Source of the DNA: Syntrophomonadaceae bacterium
GTDB taxonomy: Bacteria > Bacillota > Syntrophomonadia > Syntrophomonadales > Syntrophomonadaceae
Assembly: GCA_035412805.1 (NCBI GenBank)
Contig: DAONVO010000002.1
Location: forward strand, 26-64,025
Reading direction: 5' to 3'
Length of the DNA: 64,000 nt
A program made the translations under genes and the position numbers. Below the pieces are notes generated by a model. The model saw only the letters and a list, made by a program, of their open reading frames with translations. It ran no database searches and was not told the DNA's origin. Of the stretch, positions 30,579-39,101 are shown piece after piece (the first letter of the stretch is position 1; each line of letters starts with the position of its first letter).

Positions 30579-30609
30579 AGCGGGAGACCTTATAGGTTTC
30601 CCGCTTTTT
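30579..30609 (+). terminator. rho-independent terminator of thiolase copy 2
   Basis: Same hairpin as at 28937-28968, offset by exactly 1642 bp. Confidence 0.8.
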
Positions 30610-30687
30610 ATATGGCTATTATATCTTTACCTGAATAAAAGCTGATTTCCTTAGCTAAGCTACTAAAAACGGCTGGGGGTAATTATT

Positions 30688-31536
30688 GTGCGAACTCTTT
30701 GGAAAGGTGCAGTCAGCTTCGGCCTGGTTAATATACCTATCAAAATGTATGTGGCTACTGAACGGAAAGACATCAAGTTCAACTACCTGCATAAAGAGTG
30801 CATGTCTCCCATTCAGTACCGCAAGTTTTGTCCCAATTGTAACCGGGAAATTGCCAGTGAAGAAATTGTGCGCGGCTATGAATACCAGAAAGGCAATTTT
30901 GTAGTTATTAATGAGGAGGATTTGGAACGCATTCCTTTGGAGTCCACCAAAACTATTGACATCCTGGACTTTGTGGATTTAGCCCAGGTTGATCCGATTT
31001 ACTTTGATAAGACCTATTACCTGGAACCATCCCAGGGCGGTGAAAAAGCTTACACCCTTCTGATCGAAGCCATGACGCAAACTAGTAAGGTGGCTATCGC
31101 CAAAGTTATAATTCGCTCCAAACAAACTTTGGCTGCTCTGAGAGTTAAGGACCAGGTTTTAATAATGGAAACCATTTTCTGGCCGGATGAAATCCGTTCC
31201 CCTTCTGCCCTGGACCTAGGAGTAGACCGGGTAAAACTCCATGACAATGAAATAAAAATGGCGGTCAGTCTCATCGAAAACCTATCTACCGACTTTGAAC
31301 CGGCCAAGTATCAGGATGAACATCGCCAGGCTTTGTGGGAACTAATTGAAAGCAAGATCGTAGGAAAAGAAGTCGTAGCTGCGGCTCCGGCAGCTGACCG
31401 CGGCAATGTGGTGGATTTGATGGAGGCTTTAAAAGCCAGCGTCAAACTGGCGGAAGAAAACCGCAATGCCCAGCAGGCTGATTCCGAACCACGCCAGGCT
31501 TCCCGGGGGCGCCGCAAAACCAAAACCGGGAGTTAG
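30688..31536 (+). CDS. ku: Ku protein (NHEJ DNA-end binding)
   Basis: 282 aa. The N-terminus RTLWKGAVSFGLVNIPIKMY is typical of bacterial Ku, and the C-terminal tail is basic. GTG start after GGGGGT. Confidence 0.92.
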   Translation: MRTLWKGAVSFGLVNIPIKMYVATERKDIKFNYLHKECMSPIQYRKFCPNCNREIASEEIVRGYEYQKGNFVVINEEDLERIPLESTKTIDILDFVDLAQVDPIYFDKTYYLEPSQGGEKAYTLLIEAMTQTSKVAIAKVIIRSKQTLAALRVKDQVLIMETIFWPDEIRSPSALDLGVDRVKLHDNEIKMAVSLIENLSTDFEPAKYQDEHRQALWELIESKIVGKEVVAAAPAADRGNVVDLMEALKASVKLAEENRNAQQADSEPRQASRGRRKTKTGS

Positions 31537-31541
31537 CATCC

Positions 31542-32474
31542 GTGGTTGAAGTACCTGGTTTGGCTTTAGTTGAGCCAATGATGCCTATACTGGTCAAAGA
31601 AATAATTGAAGGCCTCGAGTATGTTTACCAGGTTAAATGGGATGGGGTGCGTATGCTGGCTTACCTTTCCGCAGGAAGGGTAACCCTGGTAAACAGGCGT
31701 GGCCACCTGCGCACCGGGCAGTACCCGGAACTGCAGGAGTTGGCTTCCTTGTTGAAAGTGCCTGCAGCAATATTGGATGGAGAATTGGTGGTCCTAAAAA
31801 ATGGCAAACCCAGTTTTGCATCGATTTTGAAAAGGGATTTAAGCGGCCGGCAAGCTGATCACCTTAAGAAACTTTATCCTATCCACTATATGGTTTTCGA
31901 CATCCCCTTTGCCGGTCGGGACCTGCGTAATCTGTCTCTGATGGAACGCCAAAGAGTACTGGAGCAAACTCTGGTGAAAACCGAATGGGTACATACCGTG
32001 GAGAATTTCAGCGCCGGTCACAGCCTTTTCGAAGCCGTAAAAGCACAGGATATGGAAGGAATTGTTATTAAACGGTCTACTTCTCCATACATAAGCGGAA
32101 AAAAACATCGTGACTGGCTGAAAGTCAAATACCGGCGCACCCAATATTGCGTGATTGGCGGGTATACCTTAAACGGAACCACAGTAAATGCCCTCCTACT
32201 GGGAGTCTATCACAATCAGAATCTACTCTATGTGGGCAAAGCCGGTACCGGTTTAAAACAGGAGGAATGGAGCGTATTAACCCGGGAATTATCCCGTATG
32301 TCCATCTCTCATTCACCCTTTGTCAACAAACCTCCCGCTCGGGGATACTATTTTGTACACCCCCGGTTAACGGTTAAAATCGAATTTGCAGAATGGACGG
32401 AGAGCCTTACTTTGCGGTCCCCGGTCATAACCGGCTTCAGCAACAAGCCGGCTGAAGACTGCCGCTTAGAATGA
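31542..32474 (+). CDS. ATP-dependent DNA ligase (LigD ligase domain, stand-alone)
   Basis: 310 aa with the adenylation motif VKWDGVR (KxDG) and an OB-fold C-terminus. Confidence 0.9.
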   Translation: MVEVPGLALVEPMMPILVKEIIEGLEYVYQVKWDGVRMLAYLSAGRVTLVNRRGHLRTGQYPELQELASLLKVPAAILDGELVVLKNGKPSFASILKRDLSGRQADHLKKLYPIHYMVFDIPFAGRDLRNLSLMERQRVLEQTLVKTEWVHTVENFSAGHSLFEAVKAQDMEGIVIKRSTSPYISGKKHRDWLKVKYRRTQYCVIGGYTLNGTTVNALLLGVYHNQNLLYVGKAGTGLKQEEWSVLTRELSRMSISHSPFVNKPPARGYYFVHPRLTVKIEFAEWTESLTLRSPVITGFSNKPAEDCRLE

Positions 32475-32491
32475 GTTGTAAGGAGGTACCT

Positions 32492-33400
32492 ATGAAAGAA
32501 CAGGTCACAATCGCCAGCCGGGAATTTGCTCTTTCCAACCTGGAAAAAGTGCTGTGGCCGGAAGATGGATATACCAAAGGGGAACTTATCAACTATTATG
32601 TGCAGGTGGCTCCCTATCTGCTTCCCCACTTAAGCGGGCGTCCTCTGGTATTGACCCGTTTCCCCGACGGCATCCACAGCAAAAGCTTTTATCAAAAAAA
32701 TGCCCCCGATTATCTGCCGGAATGGATCAGAACCTTCTCCTGGTATTCAGCTGATTCCCAGCGGGACATTAATTTCATAGTCGCAGATGAGCCAGCGACT
32801 CTGGCCTGGCTGGCTAATCAAGCCTGTATTGAAATGCATCCCTGGCTGTCAAGCATCCACAGCCTTAACTATCCTGATTTTGCAGTAATCGACCTGGATC
32901 CCTCCAAGGAAAGCAGTTACCGGGATGTAATCGATATTGCCCTAGTGGTCAAAGAACTGCTGGACAATTTGGACCTGCGCTCTTATCCTAAAACCTCTGG
33001 ATCAGAAGGATTGCATATTTACATCCCTATTATCAATTCCTACACCTATGAGCAGGTCCGTAAATTTGCCCAGGTGGTGGCAGCTCTCGTCGTAGAAGTG
33101 CTTCCTCAAATAGCTACTATTGAACGCACTGTAAAAATGCGAGGCAACAAAGTATATGTAGACTACCTGCAAAATGCCCTGGGTAAAACCCTCAGCAGCG
33201 TGTACAGCGTGCGTCCCCGTCCAGGTGCTCCTGTATCAACCCCTCTTTTATGGGACGAGATAACTCAGGTAACACCTGCCCAGTTTAACATAAAGACTAT
33301 TTTTCCCCGTTTACAGGAAAAGGGAGATTTGTTTGCGCCGGTATTATACGACCGGCAAAGCCTGGACCAAGCCTGCCGGAAGCTGGGTGTGTCCCTGTAA
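32492..33400 (+). CDS. LigD polymerase/primase (AEP) domain protein, stand-alone
   Basis: About 302 aa, LigD-Pol pattern (LSNLEKVLWPEDGYTKGELINYY...DLDP). ATG at 32492 follows the AAGGAGG RBS. Confidence 0.88.
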   Translation: MKEQVTIASREFALSNLEKVLWPEDGYTKGELINYYVQVAPYLLPHLSGRPLVLTRFPDGIHSKSFYQKNAPDYLPEWIRTFSWYSADSQRDINFIVADEPATLAWLANQACIEMHPWLSSIHSLNYPDFAVIDLDPSKESSYRDVIDIALVVKELLDNLDLRSYPKTSGSEGLHIYIPIINSYTYEQVRKFAQVVAALVVEVLPQIATIERTVKMRGNKVYVDYLQNALGKTLSSVYSVRPRPGAPVSTPLLWDEITQVTPAQFNIKTIFPRLQEKGDLFAPVLYDRQSLDQACRKLGVSL

Positions 33401-33466
33401 TTCTGAGACCCCAATCAATGGTGTATCAACTGAAGAACAGGCCATGATAAATGAAAACATGCCTCA

Positions 33467-33540
33467 CGGCTAATACTCCTGCATCCTGGCTGACACTCCT
33501 GCAAAACCGTGGTTAGCGTAGAGCGGCATAGAGGTTGCCA
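33467..33540 (+). repeat. fragment F1 of the structured element (3' arm + tail only)
   Basis: CGGCTAATACTCCTGCATCCTGGCTGACACTCCTGC...GGCATAGAG matches 34153-34220 and 49112-49175. Confidence 0.8.
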
Positions 33541-33700
33541 TGTTCCTTGCAGGAGCTCTTAGTTGCCAGTAGGTTGCCCTTCGCACCTGTTCCGTCGTCA
33601 CGATATAGTAAACGGCTCGATGTGCGTCTCAGGGGGTACCGGGCTAAACAAACATCCTGTTTGATAGCCCTCTTGGGACATCCTATCCCTCGCCCCCCTT
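33541..33700 (-). repeat. fragment F2, inverted and degenerate copy of the element
   Basis: The reverse complement carries TTAGCCCGG, CGAGCCGTT and TGCGAAG in element order. Diverged and internally deleted. Confidence 0.5.
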
Positions 33701-33790
33701 CGCCCGCCCATCTTCACCGACTATATCGGACTCCTTCACCAAGGTGCTCATGGCAAACCCACTGTCAAACTATTTTAGTAAAATGATAAC

Positions 33791-33909
33791 ATCGCTGCAC
33801 GGCTTAAGCAGGGAGTATTAGCTGGGCGAGTGACGTACGACGTGCCGTTGCAGGGTCCATCAGTAGTCCTTTAGGGCAATGACACATTAGGAAACCATCT
33901 TCACAGCAA
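33791..33909 (+). repeat. fragment F3, 5' arm joined to the terminal TTCACAGCAA motif (internal deletion variant)
   Basis: ATCGCTGCACGGCTTAAGCAGGGAGTATTAGCTGGGCGAGTGACGTACGACGTGCCGTTGCA is near-identical to 48900-48961. It ends in CTTCACAGCAAT. Confidence 0.8.
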
Positions 33910-33945
33910 TTATCACCTGTGGTACAGACCACGAATGAAAAAATA

Positions 33946-34294
33946 ATTGCATGGCTTAGGAAGAAATATTAGCCCGGCGAGCGACTTACGACGAGCCGTT
34001 GCTACCCACAGCGAAACTGAGGGCTGCGAAGCGGAGCGAGAAACAGGATGTTTCGAGCAGCAAGTACTGAGTGCATGGATGCCGAATTACGAGCGGACCG
34101 CTTCGCACCGAAGTAAGCTGGTGGGTTGCAGGCGAGGAGTCCCGGAGCGAGCCGGCTAATACTCCTGCATCCTGGCTGACACTCCTGCCAAGTTGTGGTT
34201 AGCGCAGGTGGACATAGAGATCGCCACGCGCTACGCGCTCGCGATGACAGTACAGCTGTCTTTTGCACTAACACGAGGACAGTTTTCACAGCAA
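33946..34294 (+). repeat. full copy A of an unclassified ~330-nt structured interspersed element (candidate ncRNA or non-autonomous mobile element)
   Basis: Aligns with 48900-49228 along its length at roughly 85% identity by eye. The core 33967-34161 folds as a nested long hairpin. The tail ends in TTTTCACAGCAAT. Confidence 0.85.
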
Positions 34295-34358
34295 TATCTT
34301 AAATAATCTACGCCAATCTGCGTCTGATTTTTTACGAGCAACACAGGCGATGGGCCTT

Positions 34359-35246
34359 TTATCTTGCGGTATAGGTAATTCCGGCGGGATGGAAATGAGT
34401 TTTTATGCTGCGGTTGTCCAGAAGATAACTTATTACTGCCGATACACTGGACCAAGCCAAATAGAATTGAACCGTATTTACAGTCAGCTTTCTCTTTTCA
34501 ATGATGCAGCTCACCAGTTGCTCCCGGTTCATAGCCTGCCCTTGCAGTGCCCCTAGTACATCGTTAATTAACCCCAACAGCCATTCCCGGTTTTGCTCAA
34601 TAACGGCTAAAGGTTGGTCAACCCAACCTCCATGGGAGATACACAGGTGATCGTACCGGCTTTCTGCCAGAGTCTCTAGAGCTGTCAGCTGACTTTTCAC
34701 ATCAGCTACAACCGGGCAGGGAAAGGTATGATAAGCCTGGCTGGACAGCAGACTGTCCCCGGCAAAAAGAACCTGGTCTGGAGTAAAAACTCCTATTTGT
34801 CCGGGAGTATGACCGCTCAGGTCAAAAAACTGTATGGACACACCTTGCATAACGCAGTTTCCTGGTGAGACAGCTTCCACTTCCGGGGAGGCGGGTGGGA
34901 CTATAAAGCGATTGTCCAAGGATCTGGGGGGATGGGCGGAAAAAAGCGTATAGGGAATCAGCCAAGGATTTTCCAAAAAAATTTTCTCGGGAGCAGAAGC
35001 GTAAATATCTGCTCCGGTTGCTTCAGCTATCAACTTATTGGCTCCACAGTGATCAGCATGGGCATGGGTATTAATGATGGCTGATACTCTCCAACCCTGC
35101 TCGTTCAAAAAGTCCAATACCTGCTGACCATGAGCAGCCTCACCGCTGTCTATCAACAGGCAGTTATGTTTATCAATAAGGTACACACCTATTGTTGCTG
35201 CAGGAGTAGCCAGACAATAAGTTTTTCCTGCTATGTGAGTTAGCAT
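34359..35246 (-). CDS. MBL-fold metallo-hydrolase
   Basis: 295 aa with the HAHADH (HxHxDH) motif. Confidence 0.8.
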   Translation of the reverse strand: MLTHIAGKTYCLATPAATIGVYLIDKHNCLLIDSGEAAHGQQVLDFLNEQGWRVSAIINTHAHADHCGANKLIAEATGADIYASAPEKIFLENPWLIPYTLFSAHPPRSLDNRFIVPPASPEVEAVSPGNCVMQGVSIQFFDLSGHTPGQIGVFTPDQVLFAGDSLLSSQAYHTFPCPVVADVKSQLTALETLAESRYDHLCISHGGWVDQPLAVIEQNREWLLGLINDVLGALQGQAMNREQLVSCIIEKRKLTVNTVQFYLAWSSVSAVISYLLDNRSIKTHFHPAGITYTAR

Positions 35247-35248
35247 GA

Positions 35249-36241
35249 TTAGTTTTCATCCCCCATAATCAATCCCAACCACTGTTGACGGTCCATCTCT
35301 GGTATAAACTTATGCAATTCATGGGAGTTCAGCAGCTTTTCCACTGCCTCCCGGTTATAGGCTGTACCCTGCAGAGCTTGTTCCAGCCTCTCTATATCCT
35401 GACCGGTGAAAAAATCTCCGTATATCTTACAAAGGGCTATACGTCCCTTTTTCACTTCCAGCCGTATATCAATCTGCCCCCAGGGATAACGCCGGTTACG
35501 CTGCAGGTTATATTGGGGTGATTGACCGTAATTCCATTCCCAGAGGCGGTACTTGTTACCGGCCAGCTGATTGACTCTTTCTTTCTCCTCAAGGGTAAGC
35601 TCCCTGGCAGGTTCCAGGGGCCAGTATTCACTTACTGTCTGAATTAGCGCATCCTGCAGATCCTGGATGGAAAGGGGTTTAGGCAGGTGATCAGCTATAT
35701 TGGTCACCCGGCTGCTTACTGATTTTACCCCTTTTGAGGCCATTTTTTCTGGATTCACATTAAGTACTTTTTGCATAATATCTAAATCGGTATCAAATAG
35801 CAGGGTTCCATGATGAAGCAGCCGCTTTTTCCCAATAAATTGGGCATTGCCAGAGAATTTCCGGCCGGCAATGGTCAGGTCATTGCGGCCGCTTAGCTCG
35901 GCAGCAATACCCAATTTGTGCAAAGCAGTGAGCACGGGTTGGGCAAACCTGGCAAAACTGTGGTCGCCAGACAAAGCCACCACGAAGGTAAAGTTGAGAT
36001 TGCCCAGATCGTGATAGACCGCGCCTCCGCCGGACATGCGTCGAACTACTACAATATCATTTTCCCGGGCAAAGACCTGGTTAACTTCCTCAGCCGTGTT
36101 CTGATTCCGGCCTACGATGACCGCCGGCTGGTTCTGCCACAACATAAACCATTCACTGTCATCAGGAGTCTGGGTTATAAGGTATTCCTCTAAAGCTATA
36201 TTAAAACATGGATCATGGGAGGGATTTAGCAAGTGGTACAC
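35249..36241 (-). CDS. lplA: lipoate--protein ligase A
   Basis: 330 aa, LplA pattern (RRMSGGGAVYHDLGN...KFSGNAQ) plus a C-terminal accessory domain. Confidence 0.9.
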   Translation of the reverse strand: MYHLLNPSHDPCFNIALEEYLITQTPDDSEWFMLWQNQPAVIVGRNQNTAEEVNQVFARENDIVVVRRMSGGGAVYHDLGNLNFTFVVALSGDHSFARFAQPVLTALHKLGIAAELSGRNDLTIAGRKFSGNAQFIGKKRLLHHGTLLFDTDLDIMQKVLNVNPEKMASKGVKSVSSRVTNIADHLPKPLSIQDLQDALIQTVSEYWPLEPARELTLEEKERVNQLAGNKYRLWEWNYGQSPQYNLQRNRRYPWGQIDIRLEVKKGRIALCKIYGDFFTGQDIERLEQALQGTAYNREAVEKLLNSHELHKFIPEMDRQQWLGLIMGDEN

Positions 36242-36244
36242 TTG

Positions 36245-37645
36245 TTATTCCCCCTTGCCCAAGCGCTTACGAGGCGGAGCGTTATGAATGGCTTGGCCTT
36301 CCGCATCCAGCAAAGCTTCTTTGATGGCTTCTCCCAGAGTAGGATGGGCATGAATGACAGACCGCATCTCGGACAGGGTCAATTTATGGTTCACCGCCAG
36401 AGTACCTTCCAGAATGAGGTCACTGGCATGGGGGCCTATAACATGCATACCGATAATTTGTTTATCCTGGTTGGCAATAACTTTTACAATGCCATCGGTT
36501 TCTCCCATAGTCAAGGCTTTACCATTGGCGGCAAAATTGAATTTGCCTATAAGAGGTACAATACCCTGCTCCCTGGCTTCCTCCTCGCCGAGACCCACCG
36601 CAGCAATCTCGGGGAAAGTAAAAATTGTACTAGGTATAGCATGATATGCTACCTTACTCTTGTGGGCGGCCATTCCTTCCACGGCGGAAATGCCTTCTTC
36701 GGAAGCCACATGGGCCAGCATCGGTCCGCCGATAACATCTCCAATAGCGTAAATACCCGGCACATTTGTCTGATAATTCTCATCCACCAAAATGAAACCA
36801 CGCTGATCAACTTTGATTCCCAGCTTATCCAAATTCAGACCTACTGTGCAGGGTTGCCGTCCTGCGGCCTGCAAAACCAGATCTGCTTCTATGCTCAGCT
36901 CACCTTGGGCAGTATCAGCAACAACTGACAGTCCTCTGCTGGAGCCGTCCAGTTTTTTTACCTGCACCGATGTGTAGACACTAATGCCTTGTCTTTTCAA
37001 GAAAACCTGCAGGCGCTTGACAATTTCCCGGTCTAGTTGGCTGAGAACTGTTGACTGAGCTTCCAGGACCGTAACCTGACTGCCAAAAGCATTAAAAATA
37101 CAAGCAAATTCCAGACCGATAACCCCTCCGCCAATAACCACCAGACGGGGAGGAACCTCTTTTATATCTAAAATCTGGTCACTGTTTAAAAGCCGGGGAT
37201 CATCGCTGCCAGCTATGGGCAATACCGCTGGCTGGGAGCCGGTAGCTAACAGTATTCGCGGGGCCGTATACTGCTCATCACCCACTCTAAGGGTGCGGGC
37301 ATCGACAAAACTGGCTGACCCGCGTACCATGTCCACCTGATTGGCCTTCAATAGTTGCTCTACTCCAGCTACCAGTTTCTTGACTACCTGCTCTTTGCGT
37401 TGCCAGGCCACCTGCATGTCAAAGGAGAAACCTTGGACCTGAATACCGAATTGCTGGCTGTGCTGTACACTTCTGAGGGTACAGGCGTTTTCATAATAAG
37501 CTTTGGTAGGAATACAGCCCCGGTTTAAACAGGTGCCTCCTACCTGATCTTTCTCGATAAGCAACACGGACATGCCCAGCTGGGCAGCCCGGATGGCAGC
37601 CACATATCCACCTGGCCCGGCCCCGATAACAATCAGATCATGCAT
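36245..37645 (-). CDS. lpdA: dihydrolipoyl dehydrogenase (L protein/E3)
   Basis: 466 aa with the GAGPGGY FAD motif and the redox-active disulfide [13 protein letters not shown]. Confidence 0.93.
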   Translation of the reverse strand: MHDLIVIGAGPGGYVAAIRAAQLGMSVLLIEKDQVGGTCLNRGCIPTKAYYENACTLRSVQHSQQFGIQVQGFSFDMQVAWQRKEQVVKKLVAGVEQLLKANQVDMVRGSASFVDARTLRVGDEQYTAPRILLATGSQPAVLPIAGSDDPRLLNSDQILDIKEVPPRLVVIGGGVIGLEFACIFNAFGSQVTVLEAQSTVLSQLDREIVKRLQVFLKRQGISVYTSVQVKKLDGSSRGLSVVADTAQGELSIEADLVLQAAGRQPCTVGLNLDKLGIKVDQRGFILVDENYQTNVPGIYAIGDVIGGPMLAHVASEEGISAVEGMAAHKSKVAYHAIPSTIFTFPEIAAVGLGEEEAREQGIVPLIGKFNFAANGKALTMGETDGIVKVIANQDKQIIGMHVIGPHASDLILEGTLAVNHKLTLSEMRSVIHAHPTLGEAIKEALLDAEGQAIHNAPPRKRLGKGE

Positions 37646-39098
37646 CCTGGCTTTCCTCCCAGCGTACTACCGGAGTTCGGGCTGCTTTGACTTCGTCCAG
37701 TCTTCTTACTACGGTATGGTGAGGAGCACCTTTTACCAGCTCCGGGTTTTCTCTGGCTGCCTTAGCAATTTCTTTCATAGCAGCAACAAAATCATCCAGT
37801 CGTTCCCGACTCTCAGTTTCGGGCGGCTCGATCATCAGAGCTTCCCGTACTATCAGGGGAAAATATATAGTAGGAGGATGATAGCCGTAATCCAGCAAAC
37901 TTTTGGCGATATCCAAAGCCGATACCTTATTGCTATCCATCTGGTGTTTGGCAGTGGCTACGAATTCATGCTTGCACAGCCGGTCAAAGGGGATATAGTA
38001 TTCATCGCTGAGATGGTGTTTCACGTAATTGGCATTGAGAACCGCTTGTTGACTAGCTTCTTTAAGTCCTTCCCCTCCCAGGGCGCGTATATAGGTATAG
38101 GCTTTTACTATCACCCCGAAGTTACCGTAAAACTGTTTTACTTTACCGATAGAATCAGGATAATTATAGTCTAAAATGAACTGATCTCCTTGGGGGATGA
38201 CCCGGGGAACCGGCAGCAACTCAGTCAGATGCTGTTTAACACCTACCGGTCCTGAACCTGGCCCTCCGCCTCCGTGGGGAGTACCAAAAGTTTTATGCAG
38301 GTTGACATGCACAATGTCAAAACCCATATCTCCCGGACGAGCCATCCCCATTATGGCATTGAGATTGGCTCCATCATAATAGAGCAATCCCCCGCTTTCA
38401 TGAACCAGCCGGGAAATCTCCAAAATATTTTCTTCAAACAAACCCAGAGTATTAGGGTTGGTCAGCATGAGACCAGCAATATGGGGCCCCAGTTTGCTTT
38501 CTAGGTCTTGCAGATCCACCAGACCTCGTTCATCGGATTTTACCTCTACAACCTTATAGCCCACCACATTAGCTGTAGCCGGGTTTGTCCCATGAGCGGA
38601 ATCAGGCACCAGCACGGTATTCCGGCCTTCATCTCCCCGCTTTTTATGATAAGCCTTAATCATCATTACTCCGGTCATTTCCCCATGGGCTCCAGCCGCC
38701 GGCTGCAGGGAAAATTCATCCATACCTGTGATTTCACACAGCCACTGTCCGGTTTCATACATTATCTGCAAAGCACCCTGAACCGTCTCCAAAGGCTGAT
38801 AGGGATGCAGTCCGGCCAAACCAGGCAGGCGTGCTGCCCATTCATCAATTTTGGGATTGTATTTCATGGTGCAAGATCCCAAAGGATAGAAACCGTCATC
38901 TACACCATAAGCCCGTTTGGAAAGAGCCGTATAGTGGCGAACCGCTTCTACTTCATTGACATCGGGCAACGGCAGTTCACCGTTACGCAGGTACTCCTCC
39001 CCAATTGTTTTCGTTACGTCAACCGGCTCCACCTCAGCCGGGGGTATATTCATTTTATTGCTTGCCCTGCGGCTTTTTTCAAATATCAACATGCTCAC
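37638..39098 (-). CDS. gcvPB: glycine dehydrogenase (decarboxylating) subunit 2
   Basis: 486 aa, P-protein C-terminal subunit with a PLP-lysine region (NLHKTF). Confidence 0.93.
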   Translation of the reverse strand: MSMLIFEKSRRASNKMNIPPAEVEPVDVTKTIGEEYLRNGELPLPDVNEVEAVRHYTALSKRAYGVDDGFYPLGSCTMKYNPKIDEWAARLPGLAGLHPYQPLETVQGALQIMYETGQWLCEITGMDEFSLQPAAGAHGEMTGVMMIKAYHKKRGDEGRNTVLVPDSAHGTNPATANVVGYKVVEVKSDERGLVDLQDLESKLGPHIAGLMLTNPNTLGLFEENILEISRLVHESGGLLYYDGANLNAIMGMARPGDMGFDIVHVNLHKTFGTPHGGGGPGSGPVGVKQHLTELLPVPRVIPQGDQFILDYNYPDSIGKVKQFYGNFGVIVKAYTYIRALGGEGLKEASQQAVLNANYVKHHLSDEYYIPFDRLCKHEFVATAKHQMDSNKVSALDIAKSLLDYGYHPPTIYFPLIVREALMIEPPETESRERLDDFVAAMKEIAKAARENPELVKGAPHHTVVRRLDEVKAARTPVVRWEESQDA

Positions 39099-39101
39099 CT
39101 G

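Larger units (their letters stand above)
27624..30610 (+). repeat. tandem direct duplication, two ~1345-bp near-identical units with a 1642-bp period
   Basis: Units 27624-28968 and 29266-30610 are collinear without indels. The ~300-bp spacer and the upstream leaders have diverged. Confidence 0.9.

Noticed and set aside
33476-33510. Short direct repeats ACTCCTGC...ACTCCTGC, recurring at 34161-34195 and 49120-49155; considered as a CRISPR-like or tandem-repeat array.
   Set aside because: There are only two 8-nt units per locus and no spacer-repeat periodicity. They are part of the tail of the larger interspersed element.
33535-34289. Track ORFs inside the repeat nest (33535-33786 +, 33947-34159 +, 34002-34289 -, 34231-34455 -).
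   Set aside because: They have no RBS. The frames are not conserved between element copies: copy B has no equivalent + ORF. Substitutions between copies preserve base pairing rather than codons.
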